Positions 25,027 to 39,664 of a stretch of 64,000 nt of DNA are shown in pieces. The notes under the pieces are model-generated. The model did no database searches. It had not been told where the DNA came from and was given only the letters and a program-made list of their open reading frames with translations. Position 1 is the first letter of the stretch. The number at the start of each line of letters is the position of its first letter. Source of the DNA: Octopus vulgaris (lineage: Eukaryota). A program made the position numbers and the translations under genes. The stretch lies in contig OX597820.1 of assembly GCA_951406725.2 (NCBI GenBank), positions 102,114,001 to 102,178,000 on the forward strand, in the 5' to 3' direction.

Positions 25027-25930
25027 CAAAAGGGTACCCAAAAGAAACTGGAATTTTGCAATATTATTTCATTCACTTAATTTTACATGTTTACACTGTT
25101 ATCGCCTTCAAAGTATTCTCCATCTGAAGCAATGCATCAGTACAGACGTGTTTACCACTGTTGGAAGCAGTGCTAGAACTCTTGCGAAGCGATGCCTTTT
25201 AACCCCTCCTTGTTTTTTTACTTCACCTCTTTCACATCTGCAAATTCTGTATCACCAGCTTTCATCACAAGTGATAACCTTCAAAAAAAGGTCAGGATCA
25301 ACTTCTTTCACTTGACAATATGCATTCAGTTCAATGGTCAATATGCATTCAGTCACGACTGCTTTTGATTTTCTGTAAGCAAGCAAGGCACAAATTTTGC
25401 TGCAACTCCTTTCATTTGCAGTTCCTCACTCAAAATTCGATTGCAGGAGCACCAGAATACACCAGTCATATCAACAAGTTCATCAATTGTTCGGTGACGG
25501 TCTTCCAAGATCAGTTCAGGAATTTTCATAATGTTTTCATTCATTTGTGAGGTGTACAGTTGCTCTGAACGAGGTTAACCCTCAAGCGATAAGTGACCAT
25601 TCTAAAAGCATGAAAACCACTTATAAACTTGTGTTTTGTTCATGGCAGTGGCCCTGTAAGCTGTTTGAATCATGAGAAATGTTTCAACTGCTGTTTTCCC
25701 CAACAGAAAATAGAATTTCATGGAAGCACACTGTTCCTTTGTTTCAGCCATAGCAAAAATTGACAAACATGGGAGAAGCAATGCAAAACAAAGATGCAGC
25801 ATGTAGCAGTATGACCTCACTGGACAATGCCAGTCAGCACACTGATGCCTGAGGGTCGCATCAAGTGACTTCTAGTAGCAGAAGCTGGAATTACAGAGAA
25901 CGTTTCTGGTTACTTTTGGGTACCCCCTTG
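25027..25930 (-). mobile_element. Internally deleted mariner transposon
   Basis: TA-flanked TIRs CAAAAGGGTACCCAAAAG / CTTTTGGGTACCCCCTTG; broken transposase EQCASMKFYFLLGKTAVET..VYKWF, EDRHRTIDEL, AKFVPCLLTENQK. Confidence 0.85.
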
Positions 25931-26117
25931 TAATAAACTATTTACCTGCTCCTGAATAGAGGTGTAAAGAAATGAGTGTGCTACAGACACATATATCCTT
26001 AATATAATTCTTCTCAACGTGTGCCAAAGCTGTATTTTTTGAACTACAGTTTTCGTCTACATAGTTTTCTGATGAGGTATAGGTTAACGCGAGGCTTTAG
26101 AAAATACATAGTATAAG

Positions 26118-26261
26118 CAACATGGCTGTGTAGTAAGAAGTTTTCTTCCCAACTAAATGGTTCCAGGTTCAGCCCCACATTGTGCTACCTTGGGTAATGT
26201 CTTCTACTATAACTTCAGGCTGGAAACAGACATTAAATGTTGTTCATGATGATGATGACGA

Positions 26262-26338
<77 letters not shown>

Positions 26339-26560
26339 GGTGTATGTGTCTGTGTTTGTCCTCCACCATCGCTTGATAACCTGTATTGGTGTGTTTATGT
26401 CCCAATAACCTAGCAGTTCAACAAAAGACGCCAATAGAATAAGTACACAGCTTAAAAATAAGTACTGAGGTCTATTTGTTGGTCTAAAAAAATTCTCCAA
26501 GGTAGTGCCCCAACATGGCCTCAGTCAAATGACTGAACCAAATAAAAGAATAAATGAATA
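26118..26560 (+). mobile_element. SINE family A with RTE tail fragment next to its internal (TA)n
   Basis: SINE head and tail; TGGAAACAGACATTAAATG..GATGATG at about 26220-26266. Confidence 0.7.
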
Positions 26561-27717
26561 AGAGGCTCCTTATTTGAAAAACAGGCAAAGGTTAGCATCA
26601 GGAAAGGTACCTGGCTGTAAAATAATTCCTTAGTAGCATCACAGAGATGTTCAGGTCTTTTACCTTTGATCTTTTACTTGTTTCAATTATTACACTGGGG
26701 CATCACCTTGAAGGGTTTAGCTGAATAAAGTGATCCCAGTTCTTACTTTTTTTGAGTCTGGTGCTTATTTAGTCGGTCCCTTTTGCCAAATCACAAAGAT
26801 ACAAATGGAGATTCTGCTTATAAAAGGAATCACATCTGGAAACAAAATTTATAATTATTGTCTTTTATTGGATTCAGCTTTAGTTAAGCTGATATGATAT
26901 AAGCAGTTTATCATTCGCCGTTACTGAGTGGGTAGAGAAATGTCTATCAAACTGACACCTTAAAGAGAGACAGATCTTCATACTAATTAGCATTACTTCA
27001 AAACAATTCACTATTTAATTAGACGCAAGATCTGTAATTTATACAGAAGCAAGAATATTTTGCTTCTATTGCTATTTATTATATATGTTCCCAATGTAAT
27101 TTAAGTGAGTTGGTCTCTAAATAAAAAGGTTAGGTGGGGGCACTGTAAAATTCATGAGTGCTTTGTGAACTTGAATTGCTGAGTTCAAATGCTCTGAATC
27201 GATGGCTCTAATTACTTATTGGTGGATATTTCTAGTTAAGAATATGTCAAGCAATTAAGTCTATATATTGTGTTTGTATGAAGTAAATAGAACATTTAAA
27301 CAAAAGGAAAAAAAACCCAACACATTACTCATGGCATTGCCATCTAGATATGTTTAAAAAAACTAAATTGATTAAATAATAACCTATCTATAACAACCTT
27401 TTTATTTGTTTCCTTGTTGAAGTTATTCTGCGCAGTCTATGGTGGTTGATGCAGAGTGAGATCTCTGGGTTGTTTGTCTACAAAAGAGTGGAATGGCTTG
27501 AAGCTGATAACAAAGATTTCTGACAACAATGATTGATGCTAAACTATGTTGGCTGAAGACATAAAGTCTGGTAGCATTACTGATAATAATAATTTAGTAG
27601 CAAACCTGTTGACAATATCGCTTTCTCTGAATGTTTACGATCCTAGAAGAATAACCAAATACATAAATATACATATATGTATATATTTAACCAATCACGT
27701 ATCTGTGTGTGTATGTA

Positions 27718-27751
<34 letters not shown>

Positions 27752-28074
27752 CATACACACATATATATTGATACACACACATACACACGTGTGTGTTTGT
27801 GTATCGTATATTTGTGGTTGTGAGTGTGTGTGTATAATGCAGTGTTGGCTGAATTAGTGTTGATGTCAGGATGTCAGAGAAACACGGTAGGAGAGAGAGA
27901 GAGAGAGAGAGAAGGAAGATTTAGATAAGAGACAGAGAAGTGGTGTGAGAGAAAAGGACAGAGGCAGTAAACATGAATGTAAGGAGATCAATATTTCTCC
28001 TTGCCCTCTAGCAAAATATTTGGTTTCATATATATATATATATATATATATAATACATACACACATAATACATG

Positions 28075-28330
28075 TTATCATCATCATCATCATCAACAAC
28101 ACTTTATGTTAATTTTCCCATTCTTATAAGTAGTGGATGGGTCTTATTCAACACAATTTCTTGCCAATCCTTTGTCATCTCCATTGTGTGGTTAAGCCTC
28201 TAGAAATCAGCTTTCATTACTTCTATCATGTATTTCTTGGTCTTCATTCTCTGCAGCTTCCTCCCACTTGGATTGCTTGGCACTTCTTTACCCCATTTAT
28301 CATCTTCCAACGGGCACTACCTCAAATTCA
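28075..28330 (-). pseudogene. Old RTE 3' remnant
   Basis: (CAT)n tail plus similarity to 19130-19230 of the intact RTE. Confidence 0.5.
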
Positions 28331-28819
28331 TTTTATACAGAATTGTTTGTTCTCTTAAGCATTTGTGCTGTCCGTCATGCTCACTAGTATTACGCATCTA
28401 GTAAAGCACACCTACTTAATTTCTTACCAACTTTCACACATCAAGCTACGCATTCAATACCCATGTTATTACCACCAGGTAATATCACACTTTGTACAGA
28501 AGCAGTGCATCACCCCCGCACACACACACCATTTAAATAAAAATACATATATAACACAAACTTCCATGCACATAACCAATATTATGGAAAGGTGGATGGT
28601 GTCTTTATTGAATACTTCTTATCTAATAATATATTTGATATTTGGCTGTTAAAGTTATTTGTGATATGTGTTATAATATTTAATTCTTATTAGTGTATTC
28701 GTTTAGTTTTTGGTAATGAAAATATGTATATGTTTTAAAGTTTGTTTTTAAGTTTGCTTTTATTTTAATTTTTAGATCAATCTATTCTAATATGTTATTA
28801 AAAATATTCTAACCTTATC

Positions 28820-29366
28820 ATTGCTCATTTTATGGATGACAGATAACATTAGCAGACAAATATGAAACTTATGAGATAAGAAAATATTCAATAAATTGTT
28901 TTCCTATAATATAGCTTAAGTACAATATGGATTCAAAGATAAACTTAAGAACAATGAACAGCTTATACAAAATCATTAACTACAGAAATATGAAGATAAT
29001 CTGGTATAGCCTCCAATATATCATAACTATAATTACAAATATAGCAAGAAATTTCCTATCATTGATAAACGTATGTTTCTCTATTACACACAAATGCCAC
29101 AATATATTTAATGGGAACTCCATAAAATCTGGCTATAGTTTCCACTATAATAAAAACCACAAAAACACCATTTTTCCCCAGTAGTGAATGCAACTGTGAA
29201 AACACATTAAGCTATCCTTCCAATGGAAAATGTCTATCAAAGGTGTTCATGTAGATAGCTGATGTAAAAAAAAACAAAACATAATTTTAAAATGGAATAC
29301 GTAGTGTTGATAGAAAACATCTTCAAATCCCAATATACACAGCTTATTCATTCATACATCATTACC

Positions 29367-29397
<31 letters not shown>

Positions 29398-29570
29398 GGA
29401 AACTTACAGACAGAGGAGTCAGTGATATTACTATAAAAGAGAACATTGTTGAGAAAGTTATGCTATGTAATGATGGGGAAAATAGATGCAATTTATGTAT
29501 TGCAGAAAATGCTTGTGATACTAATCAATATTTTGAGTCAAAGTAAATAAGACACAGAAGAAAATTCAGT
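28820..29570 (+). pseudogene. Penelope-like element remnant (RT C-terminal region + GIY-YIG endonuclease)
   Basis: KIIWY...TNIARNFLSLI..HKCHNIFNGNSIKSGYS; ECNCE..NGKCLSK; EYVVLIENIFKSQYTQ..YIWKL..RCNLCIAE; frameshifted. Confidence 0.7.
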
Positions 29571-29954
29571 CTTTCATTTCCCAAATATATCTCTTTACTA
29601 GACCCATTTGAAATCCAAGCTAGATAATTTTTTTTTCAAATTAAAGGATGTGAACAGCTCTTCTTAAAATAAATATACATAATGATCTTCCAAGTAAAGT
29701 CAAGCAACTAAAGCCTCAGGTTAATTGGCAGTTATTTCCCTCTATCTAGAGTTCTATCAAATTCACTGACCACATTAATACCATATGACTGGAGATAATC
29801 AACAGCATAGACATATGCAACACCTTTTCCTAATACTATTTTAAACTTTTCATTTTATTTCACTTGAACAACTGTCCAGATAAGGAAAATCTGAGAAACA
29901 ATAGAGTGAAACATTAGTTTCATATGAATAAATATTTGTAATACATCTAGAAAA

Positions 29955-30262
29955 TCTTTATTTATAAAACTGAAGTTGTGTGTGTGAGAGTCTGTTTACT
30001 CCGATTTGGATTCCTAACTACTCCCACATTTTGCGGTGCAGTTCAACCTAAAGCAGGTATCTTATAGCCATGATTCATATCGAGCCCTTCTGGGTATTAG
30101 CACGCGTCTACGATGAGTCTACGATTTAAAAAAAATTTACCATCATTTAAAAAAATTTTTAATGCATTTTTTGCTCGGTTTATATAAGGGAAGTAACTCT
30201 CTAAAAATGCTTATATAGTTATTTCCCTTACAAACCCGAGCAACGCCGGGCGATGCTGCTTG
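29955..30262 (+). mobile_element. Non-autonomous Helitron
   Basis: A|TCTTTATTTATAAAA 5' end; 3' CCCGAGCAACGCCGGG hairpin then CTTG|T (degenerate CTAG). Confidence 0.6.
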
Positions 30263-30666
30263 TATGTTTATGAAATTTAAATCTATATTTCAACTAAAAG
30301 GACTTCACTCCTTCCTTGAAAGTACAATGAAAAGATAAAAGGTTTTAGAGTGACTTCCTCTGACATTATACATCAGAAATGAACTCCCTCAGTGGCAAAA
30401 CTCTCATTACATTCATATAGTAAAACCACATGACCTGAAAATACAAACAATCACACACACATGTAGTCACAAACACATACACTCATACACATTTAATAAA
30501 GTATAGTGCAGGCATGGCTATGTGATTAATGATGCTTCCTTCACAATTATGTGGTTTCAGGTTCAGTCCCACTGTGAAGTTCCTCAGGCAAGTGTTCTTT
30601 TCTTTGACCTTCAGTGAAATATCTAAACAAAACATACAATAGTATTTAGCTAAGGTGACTGTTGTG

Positions 30667-30700
<34 letters not shown>

Positions 30701-30701
<1 letters not shown>

Positions 30702-31100
30702 TAGCAGCTAAGCCTGGTTTCACCTGGTCTGTTTGGATGATGTGGCTGTGATCATTTTCAGTTGGGCATAATCTATAACAGTGTTTGTCAACCTTATCAT
30801 TTTGGTTCCCTTGTTTCGATTGGAGCCTCCAGCTGTATGAAAATTTCTTGACCCCCTCCCCATCAGAAAACAGTTTCTAAGCAATTGGTTGTTTTAATGG
30901 CAGAAGAATGAGGGAAATTCCATTAGAAAAAGTATTAATCGATTTTCTCAATAAGTATGGGGGTTAGGAAAAAAATACAAACTGCATTCCAATCTGTGCA
31001 CCTGTCTCCACATGTGTGCCCTTTTTCACACAAATCCACCCACCCGTTTGACTATGAACCTCAAGACAAGAAAGAATACAATGATCGCCCATATCCAATT

Positions 31101-31110
<10 letters not shown>
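30701..31110 (-). mobile_element. Non-autonomous Helitron-like element
   Basis: Plus strand begins A|CTAG followed by a CCTGGTTTCACCTGG hairpin remnant; other end runs into (TA)n. Confidence 0.5.
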
Positions 31111-31131
<21 letters not shown>

Positions 31132-31133
31132 CA

Positions 31134-31330
31134 TAGTTAATCCAAGCATGAAAACACAAAGAGAAAACACAACAACACGAGGACGTGGAACAAGTATAGT
31201 ATTATTGGATGCTCAGGAAAGAAGGAAAGAAGGAGGGTTTAACGTTTTGAGTGGAGCTCTTCGTCAGAAACATAGGAAAAGGAAAGATCAAGAGAAAGGA
31301 AGACGGAGGAAAAAAAATTGCCAACGGTAC
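31134..31330 (-). mobile_element. Penelope-like terminal-repeat fragment with minimal hammerhead (G12A)
   Basis: Minus strand GTTT-CTGACGA-A-GAGC tcc ACTC-AAAAC-GTT-AAAC at 31237-31271. Confidence 0.6.
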
Positions 31331-31865
31331 ACAGGTGTTTCACTGCCATGTGGCATAACTGTACATGCACAGGCATAATACAATCTGCCTTTCACTCCGA
31401 CAGAAAGGCCTTTAGTTTCCAATAAAGGAAGAAGCTCCCTGAACTTTTCCTAGTCCATTCTCATTCTAGCAACTACATTTTCAGAAATCCTCCACCATTG
31501 TTAACTTGGTCGCCTAGCTACCAGAAGCTGTCTAATGATCCCCGCTAAGCATTTGAGGGAGTCTATTGTCTGAACATATTTAGTGCTTATGGTACCTACA
31601 CATTTGCTTCACACAAATACTATTTTATACATTAACCATCCTGTGATACCGCTACACCTCTTATGTGTCCAGAACTTGCACTGGGTACGCTGTGTGGAGT
31701 TTCTACCACCACCCTGCTTACATATCAAGCAGGGCCATCTCTCTGAGGGGACTTGTGATTTGTCTGTTTTCCTACTTACAAAGATTTTGGTTTTTTGCTG
31801 CATTAACTCCAAGGCCGCTTAGATTCCAAGCTTTGCTTCTACACCTGAAATTTCTTCTCTAGATC
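31330..31865 (-). pseudogene. Degenerate RTE fragment including the PHD insert
   Basis: ERWPCLICKQGGGRNSTQRTQCKFWTHKRCSG, homologous to 19400-19950. Confidence 0.85.
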
Positions 31866-31905
31866 AGGTAGTGATTCATCATAATATATATATATATATA
31901 TATAT

Positions 31906-32011
<106 letters not shown>

Positions 32012-33559
32012 TTTGACACCCTATGTGTAGGTACACTGTATACTTGTTTAGACAATGTTTATTTGATCGAGGGAGTGAGCTAATGCCCACCACATACATT
32101 TGATCACTATAAACAAATCACTTTGCAGAATTTGAACTCAGAACGTAAAGACATGCTAGCGTTTCTGCCAACTTGCCATCTTGATGTCTCCACATATTGA
32201 CAGTGCTTGCATCACTGTTCATGCAAGCTCGATTAAATAAAAGCTTGTCTGGTTCTGGGGAAATATTACATAACTTAGAAATAGATAAGGGTCTGAGCTA
32301 AAAAAAAAAACATCTGACCATAGAAAATCTGCCTCAGTAAGTTTCACCTGATCCATGCAAGCATAGAAAAACGAGCATTAAAATGTTGTTCATGGTGATA
32401 ATATATATTCTAAATCTATCAAATTTGATATTGGCATAATTTCCTTGTTTATCTTGCATTTAGGATCTCAGTGGTCATCAAGAATTCAAAGTCTGTCACA
32501 GTTAATATGGTTTGATTTCATGATTGGAATTCATTTGATCATAGTCCTTATTCTAGGATGAAGTAACAACAACAACAGTGATAGCAACAGCAACTACAAC
32601 AAAATTACCATTCAAATAAGCAGATTTTTTTTCTCATAAATGAATGACAAAAGTGACACATGTAATAGTGTATTGGATAAAATATGAAGAATAGCATCCA
32701 GCTAACAAGGCAACTAAAATTGTCAGTTAATAACAGCTAAATCTTCCTAAAATCAGAACTTCGTGCTTAAGGTACAGAGAAACTATATTGAATAAAGTAG
32801 GTTTATATGTACTCTCTAGAAAAGTAAAAAATGTTTTGCTCCCAGGTTTGGTCAATCAGAGCTAACCTGGGGTTAAATAAACAGCAAAATGTCAGTCAGT
32901 AATTTGTAAGTCAATCTTGTTTTATGATGTGGAACATGAAATATGACACTCTGAGTGCTGCCAGATCAATGATTCTTGGGCAACTTTGATCTGTTACATA
33001 ACCATTGCAGGACACAGCAAAGAGGGACTCAATGTCCTTGAATGACCTGCTAGAAATAGCAGCTGAATTTTTCTCAAAACACACACTGCTGTTATAAGAA
33101 TAGGAGACATATTTAACCAGAACAATGTAGGATTTGATATACTATTCTTAAAAAAAAAGATTAAGTAATATGATTTGAATCATTACTTGAATTCCAGATA
33201 ATAAGATTTCTAAATTAAGACAAACCTACAGCTAAAAAAACAACATGCTACATAAACAGATTTTTCATATAAATGAAGAATAAAAATTATCCTTATGGAG
33301 TTAATTACACCCACACCTACACCCCTCATTTACACACACATCGGCAATAGCTGTAGCATTTTAATGTCCATTTTTCCATGCTTACAGAGATCAGGCAAAA
33401 TATAATTTTGGCAGATTTTATATGACCTATGTAATGTGTGTGTATTTGTGTGTGTGTGTGTTTGTAAGAGTTGACCTAATAATGGTTTCAATATATCATT
33501 TTGTAACATGTGACACAGAAGTTTTGTAGCTTGTCTGACGGTTAGAAGGGTTACATATA

Positions 33560-33788
33560 TGTTTCTTTATTACCCACAAGGGGCTAAACATAGAGGGGAC
33601 AAACAAGGACTGACAAACGAATTAAGTCAATTACATCGACCCCAGTGCATAACTGGTACTTAATTTATCGACCCTGAAAGGATGAAAGGCAAAGTCGACC
33701 TCGGAGGAATTTGAACTCAGAACGTAACGGCAGACGAAATACAGCTATGCATTTCGCCTGGCATGCTAACAGTTCTGCCAGCTCGCCA
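33560..33788 (-). mobile_element. tRNA-derived SINE family D (Octopus OK-type)
   Basis: Minus strand GGCGAGCTGGCAGAA...GAGTTCAAATTCC (A/B boxes); more than 20 copies in window, e.g. 38255-38475. Confidence 0.8.
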
Positions 33789-34473
33789 GGGGTCACACAT
33801 AGTAAAACTTACATGTAAATGTAACATTTTATGATATGAAATACATAGATCTACTCTAAATTTTGTATTAAGCTCTATGTCAGGTATCTGTGCTACTACA
33901 AAAGCTTCTGCATTCAAGCATAAGAATGTGCACAAACGTCAAGACCTTTAATTTTTTTACTCAGTTCAAACTCTTGTTTCTGTGAGATGTGACCCAAATT
34001 CACTTGTAGATATAGATCAAAGAACAGCTTCGAGGCTTAGCTGATCAAACAGTAATCCACAATCCTCTTTTCATTAATATTTGATTCTTCCAAAGAGGTG
34101 TTATTCTACTGTAGTAAAAGAATTGTTTTACCTGTTCTCTGTATTCAACTACTGTGTTTTGTAAATATGGCCCTGTTCTATGCTCAGATCTCTGAGACAT
34201 TTGGTGATTTGTAAAGTTGTATTGTTAGCTCAGTTCTTAAGCCTTCATCTTCTGAAAGGTCTCTTTTTTTTTTACAGAATTCAGTTTTACAGTTGTGTTG
34301 TTGCGACAACAGCAAACTATAATATATAGACATATCTGCTATGAATTAGGTGGATATGACCACAGGGTGTATAAATTAGCACCTTGCCATAGATGCAATG
34401 GCAATTAGGGGATATGAACTGCTCCACGTTTGACTAGCATCCTAATAACTTGGTTATGTGTGTGTGCATGTTG

Positions 34474-34532
<59 letters not shown>

Positions 34533-34577
34533 ATTGATCTGCACAGGCACACACGAAGATATGTATACATGTGTGTC

Positions 34578-34895
34578 TTGGCGTGACTGTGTGGTAAGAA
34601 GCTTGCCTACCAACCACATGGCTGTGGGTTCAGTCCCACTATATAGTACCTATATATATGTATATATTTATTTGTTTGTTTCTGTGTTTGTCCCCCACCC
34701 ACCATCGCTTCACAGCCGATGTTGGTGTGTTTATGTCCCCATAACTTAGCGGTTTAGCAAAACAGACTGATAGAATAAGTACTAGGCTTACAAAGAATGA
34801 ATCCCGGGGTCGATTTGTTCAACTAAAACCCCTTAAGGTGGTGCTCCAGCATGGCTGCTGTCAAATGACTGAAACAAATAGAAGAGTAAAAGAAT
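34578..34895 (+). mobile_element. SINE family A
   Basis: Head and tail match 4985-5385 with internal deletion. Confidence 0.8.
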
Positions 34896-35068
34896 AGGTA
34901 TCAGGAAGGGCATCTAGCCCTAGAAACCAAGCCAAAATCAGACTGGAACTTTGTGCAGCCCTCCAGCTTACCCGCTCCAGTCAAGCTGTCTACCTCATGC
35001 CAGCATGGAAAGTGGATGTTAAATAACGATGATGTTGATGATGATGATGATAATGATGATGATAGATA

Positions 35069-35100
<32 letters not shown>

Positions 35101-35211
35101 AAGGCTCAAAGGTACTTTCTGGGCCATGGACTCATAAGGCTGGTTTCCTGGATTCTGAGGAATATATGTTCCCTACTGGATGTGACACCAGTCCATCACA
35201 GGATTACTCAC

Positions 35212-35377
35212 TTTAGTTGAGCAAATTGACCCCAGGACTTGTTCTTTGTAAGCCTAGTACTTATTCTATCGGTCTCTTTTTGCCGAACCGCTAAGTTATG
35301 GGGACGTAAACACACCAGCATCAGTTGTCAAGCGATGTTGGGGGGACAAACACAGACTCACAAACATATACACACAC

Positions 35378-35434
<57 letters not shown>

Positions 35435-35594
35435 TACAACGGGCTTCTTTCAGTTTTTGCCTACCAAATCCACTCACAAGGCTTTGGTCGGCCCAAGGCT
35501 ATAGTAGAAGACACTTGCCCAAGGTGTCACGCAGTAGGACTGAACCCGGAACGATGTGGTTGGTAAGCAAGCTACTTACCACACAGCCACTCCC
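35212..35594 (-). mobile_element. SINE family A
   Basis: Reverse complement of 4985-5385. Confidence 0.85.
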
Positions 35595-35959
35595 AGTGAA
35601 AAGAAACTTGAACTATATTACATAAGTTCTCTTTGCAGTTTTTCTTTCAATATATAGGGATGCACATAGAGCTCTAAATACCATTTAGACCTCATGCACT
35701 TTATACTAAGAGGGGTTTGAGAATCAGCCCTTGGTGAACACCTACCTACACACTAAACTACATACAGAACTCTTTGCCAACTATCACTTTGCTGATTGCG
35801 TTGTTCTATATGGCTTGCATTGCTCTCATAAGCTGTTTACCTACCTAGTTTTATCAAGAAACACCAGATTACAGATTGTAGTATCTTGTGAGAGGCCTTC
35901 TTCCCAATATGAGCAAATACTAGGTAAAGAGGTTTATTTTTAGGTAAAAATTTCTCTTG

Positions 35960-36500
35960 ACGTTCATCTCATTATAAAAAAAACTCATCAGTAGTACTAT
36001 GACATGGGAAAAATCTGAACTGCTTCTCAGCTAAGCTGGTTCTTTTCTTAATTAATCATGCTAATACTGTTTTCCTTACTTCTATAACCTGGTCTGTCAG
36101 TTTGATACCTTTGTGGTTGCTTCTTTTCAAAGCGTCTCCTTTGGATTATCTGGTTATGCTGGCAATTGAGTGTGGTACTTTTCTGTAGAACCTGCTTGGT
36201 TATGTGACTGACTAGCTTAAACACTGCTTTGTCAGATATTTTCACCATTTCGGCAACAATACCTGATGGCTTAGTTGCTTTTCTTGTTTTCATATCTTAT
36301 ATTGCTGTTTTGACCAAATAACTACTCTCTTCAATTGCTGATCTCTTTCACATATACTAAAGATAGTTCCCCTTGCTTTTACTTATTTTCCATGTCCATC
36401 AGCCTCTCATAACAGCATATCCATACTACTTCTTTTTTTCATTGCATTAGTGAACTTAGAATCATTGCTCTCTTTTCAAGCACATTTTTTCCCATGTACA
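35960..36500 (-). pseudogene. Degenerate RTE RT N-terminal remnant
   Basis: MKTRKATKPSGIVAEMVKIS versus MKTGKAPGPSGITAEMLKMS in the intact ORF. Confidence 0.7.
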
Positions 36501-37452
36501 TCTTGATTTACTTTGACATATAAATAAATTATTTTTAAGCAAATAATATAGAAGAAATAATATAGCTGATATAATTAATCCTAGATGCCAAGTATTTATT
36601 TTATAGCTTTCTGTGTAAGGAAAAACAAAAACTAACCCCAAACATAATTTGTACTAAGACTAAGAAAAACAAGACAAACTACAAAAGCAAAAACAAAATG
36701 AAAACAAACAGAAATAAACAAAAGGGAAAAATAGAATGAATTTAATGGAAATTTACAATTTCAGAAATTGACAGCTACTGCCAACATTTTAAATTACAAA
36801 ATTATTTTTGAAACTGATTTTAATTATTATTTATTTTTCTTAATTAGGGTGAAAACAGTTAGTTCTTAGAAGCATAAGAGTGTCTAACAAATGTCTTGCA
36901 CTAATTGGTTTGGCCTTTTGTGTTGTATGTTCAAATCTTGCAAAGGTCAACTTTGCTATTCATCCCTCTGGAGTTAATATACATAATACCAGTCAATTAA
37001 TGGGGATGATTTTCCTCTCTCTGTTTCTGCCTATCTGCCTGCCTGCCTGCCTGTCTGTCTGTCCCTGACTGTTTCTGTCTGTCTGTCTCTCATAGAATCA
37101 GTTACACTACAATGTGGCACAATCATTCATGGTGACCCTTGTTGTCAAGAAACAGAAGGAGGGCTAAATGAGGGACAAACAACCTCTTTCACATGTAGCA
37201 TTCTATAATAACCATCTGAAGAAATGAGAAATAGGAGGTATGGAATAATTGGTATCCTGTATGACAGGGAATGGTTTTAAATAAAGAAATTGATGTTTAA
37301 GTAGAAATGGGAGGCTATTGGGTTATGTCCCTTTGAATTCCTTATCCTCCTTGTCCTCACTATCATCATCGACTTCATCATAATCATCATCAACATAATC
37401 ATCATCATTGATGTCATCGTCGTTGTCATCATCATTACTGTTATCATCGTCG

Positions 37453-37492
<40 letters not shown>

Positions 37493-37713
37493 TGTTTTAA
37501 TGTCTGCTTTTCTATGCTTGCATGGGCCAGATGAAATTCATCGAGGCAGATGCCCTCCCTGCTGCCAACCCTCATTTGTTTCTGATTAAGGTAATATTTC
37601 CCTATGATGGGACAGGGTTTTTATAGAAGATTGGAAATGAATGACACTGCTTGTTTGACAGTACCACTTACTTAAAATTATCACATGATCCCAAGGCAAA
37701 GAAACACACACAT

Positions 37714-37769
<56 letters not shown>

Positions 37770-37877
37770 GCATATACAGGTGCACACAGGTACACACATA
37801 TACTGCATACATATAAATATATACACACATACATACATACATACATACATACATACATACATACATACATACATACA

Positions 37878-37911
<34 letters not shown>

Positions 37912-39042
37912 ATAGTGCTCAAATGATTCAAACTTAGTCACTGATGTCTTTACAAGGGATCAATTCCATGGGATAAAGACTGGCTACAAGAGGGATGAAG
38001 TTGAGCAGATATGGAAACATTTATGCAGACATTAAATATATCTAATTTGTTTATCTGCATAGTTGCCTCCATATCTGCTCAACTTGATCCCTCTTATAGC
38101 CATTCTTTGCCCCATGGAATTGATCCCCTGTACATCCATACATACATTCATACATATACATTATTTACTTGTGTACAAATTGCACAATTTTATCCTTGCT
38201 TTTAACAAAAAAAAAAATTGTATGTGTTATATTTATGATGGGCTTTTTTCAGTTATCTATTTCTTTACTACCCATAAGGGGCTAAACACAGAGGGGACAA
38301 ACAAGGACAGACAAACGGATTAAGTCGATTACATCGACCCCAGTGCGTAACTGGTACTTTATTTATCGACCTCGAAAGGATGAAAGGCAAAGTCGACCTC
38401 GGCGGAATTTGAACACAGAATGTAACGGCAGACGAAATACGGCTACGCATTTCACCCGGCGTGCTAACGTTTCTGATCGTCAACTAAATCATACCAAAAG
38501 GCATATTTTAAAACCTTCAGTTTCATTATGTAGTTTAAGCATCCAAACTGGCACCCTGTTAGTGACAATGATGTGAGTTTCAGTTGGTCTGATCAATGCG
38601 TCAGCCTGCTCATAAAATTAACATGCAAGTTGCTGGGCATTCCACGATCATGCTTACCCTTAATGTAGTTCTTGGGGAAATTCAGCATGACACAGAATGT
38701 GACAATGCTGGACCTATGAATTACAAATATAACTCATTTTTGCCAGCTGAGTGTACTGGAGCAATGTGAAATAAAGTGTCTTGCTCAAGGACAGATTATG
38801 CCCCCAGGAATAAAACTCGTGACCTTATGATCATGAGTTGAATACCCTAAATACTAAGTCAAATGCCTTCACTTAAATGTCGCCATATTTCATTCTGTAA
38901 TGGTTACCTCTGAAGAGCACAGTGAAACATAACCAGACTGTTACCTAACACCCTATTGAAACCCTAGTGTGAAACTGATTGGTAAGATGTTAAACAATGA
39001 TGATGATGATGATGTTTATATATACATATATATAAACATACA

Positions 39043-39077
<35 letters not shown>

Positions 39078-39664
39078 TTAAGATTTTAGTGTTATTTTAA
39101 AGCACATGTTTGGTTAAATTGACAGGGAGTTAGGCGAAATGCTTTGTGGTATCTAGTTACTGCTATATACACACTGAGTTCAAGTCTTGATCATGTTCAA
39201 TTTATTTTCCATCTTTGCTGAGTTTATAAAATAGTATCAGTAAAGTTACTGAGAGCTGACATAATCAATTACTTCTTCAATTATTTCTTCTTGAGCCCTA
39301 TGGTCTCATAAAGGCCAGTTTCCCAGTTTCCTGGTCTCCATAGCATAGATATATTTACCTCTAGAACAGGATGCTGGTCAGTCACAAGATTACTCATTTT
39401 TACCAGCTGAGTGAACTGGAGTAATGGGAAATTAAGTGTTTTGCTGAAGAACATGGTGCATCACCTGGTCCAAGAATTGAAACTGCAATTTTCCAATCAT
39501 GAGTCCAAAACCCTAACCACTTGGCCACACACTTTCACAATTATTTCTCCACTCATCCTCAGAAGAACAGAGCTGACCATCCATTCATAGTTATTTCTAA
39601 TGACTGAGAGGTCAAGCTGTTGGGTCTATATATTCACATTACTGTGTAGGATAAATAAACATAT

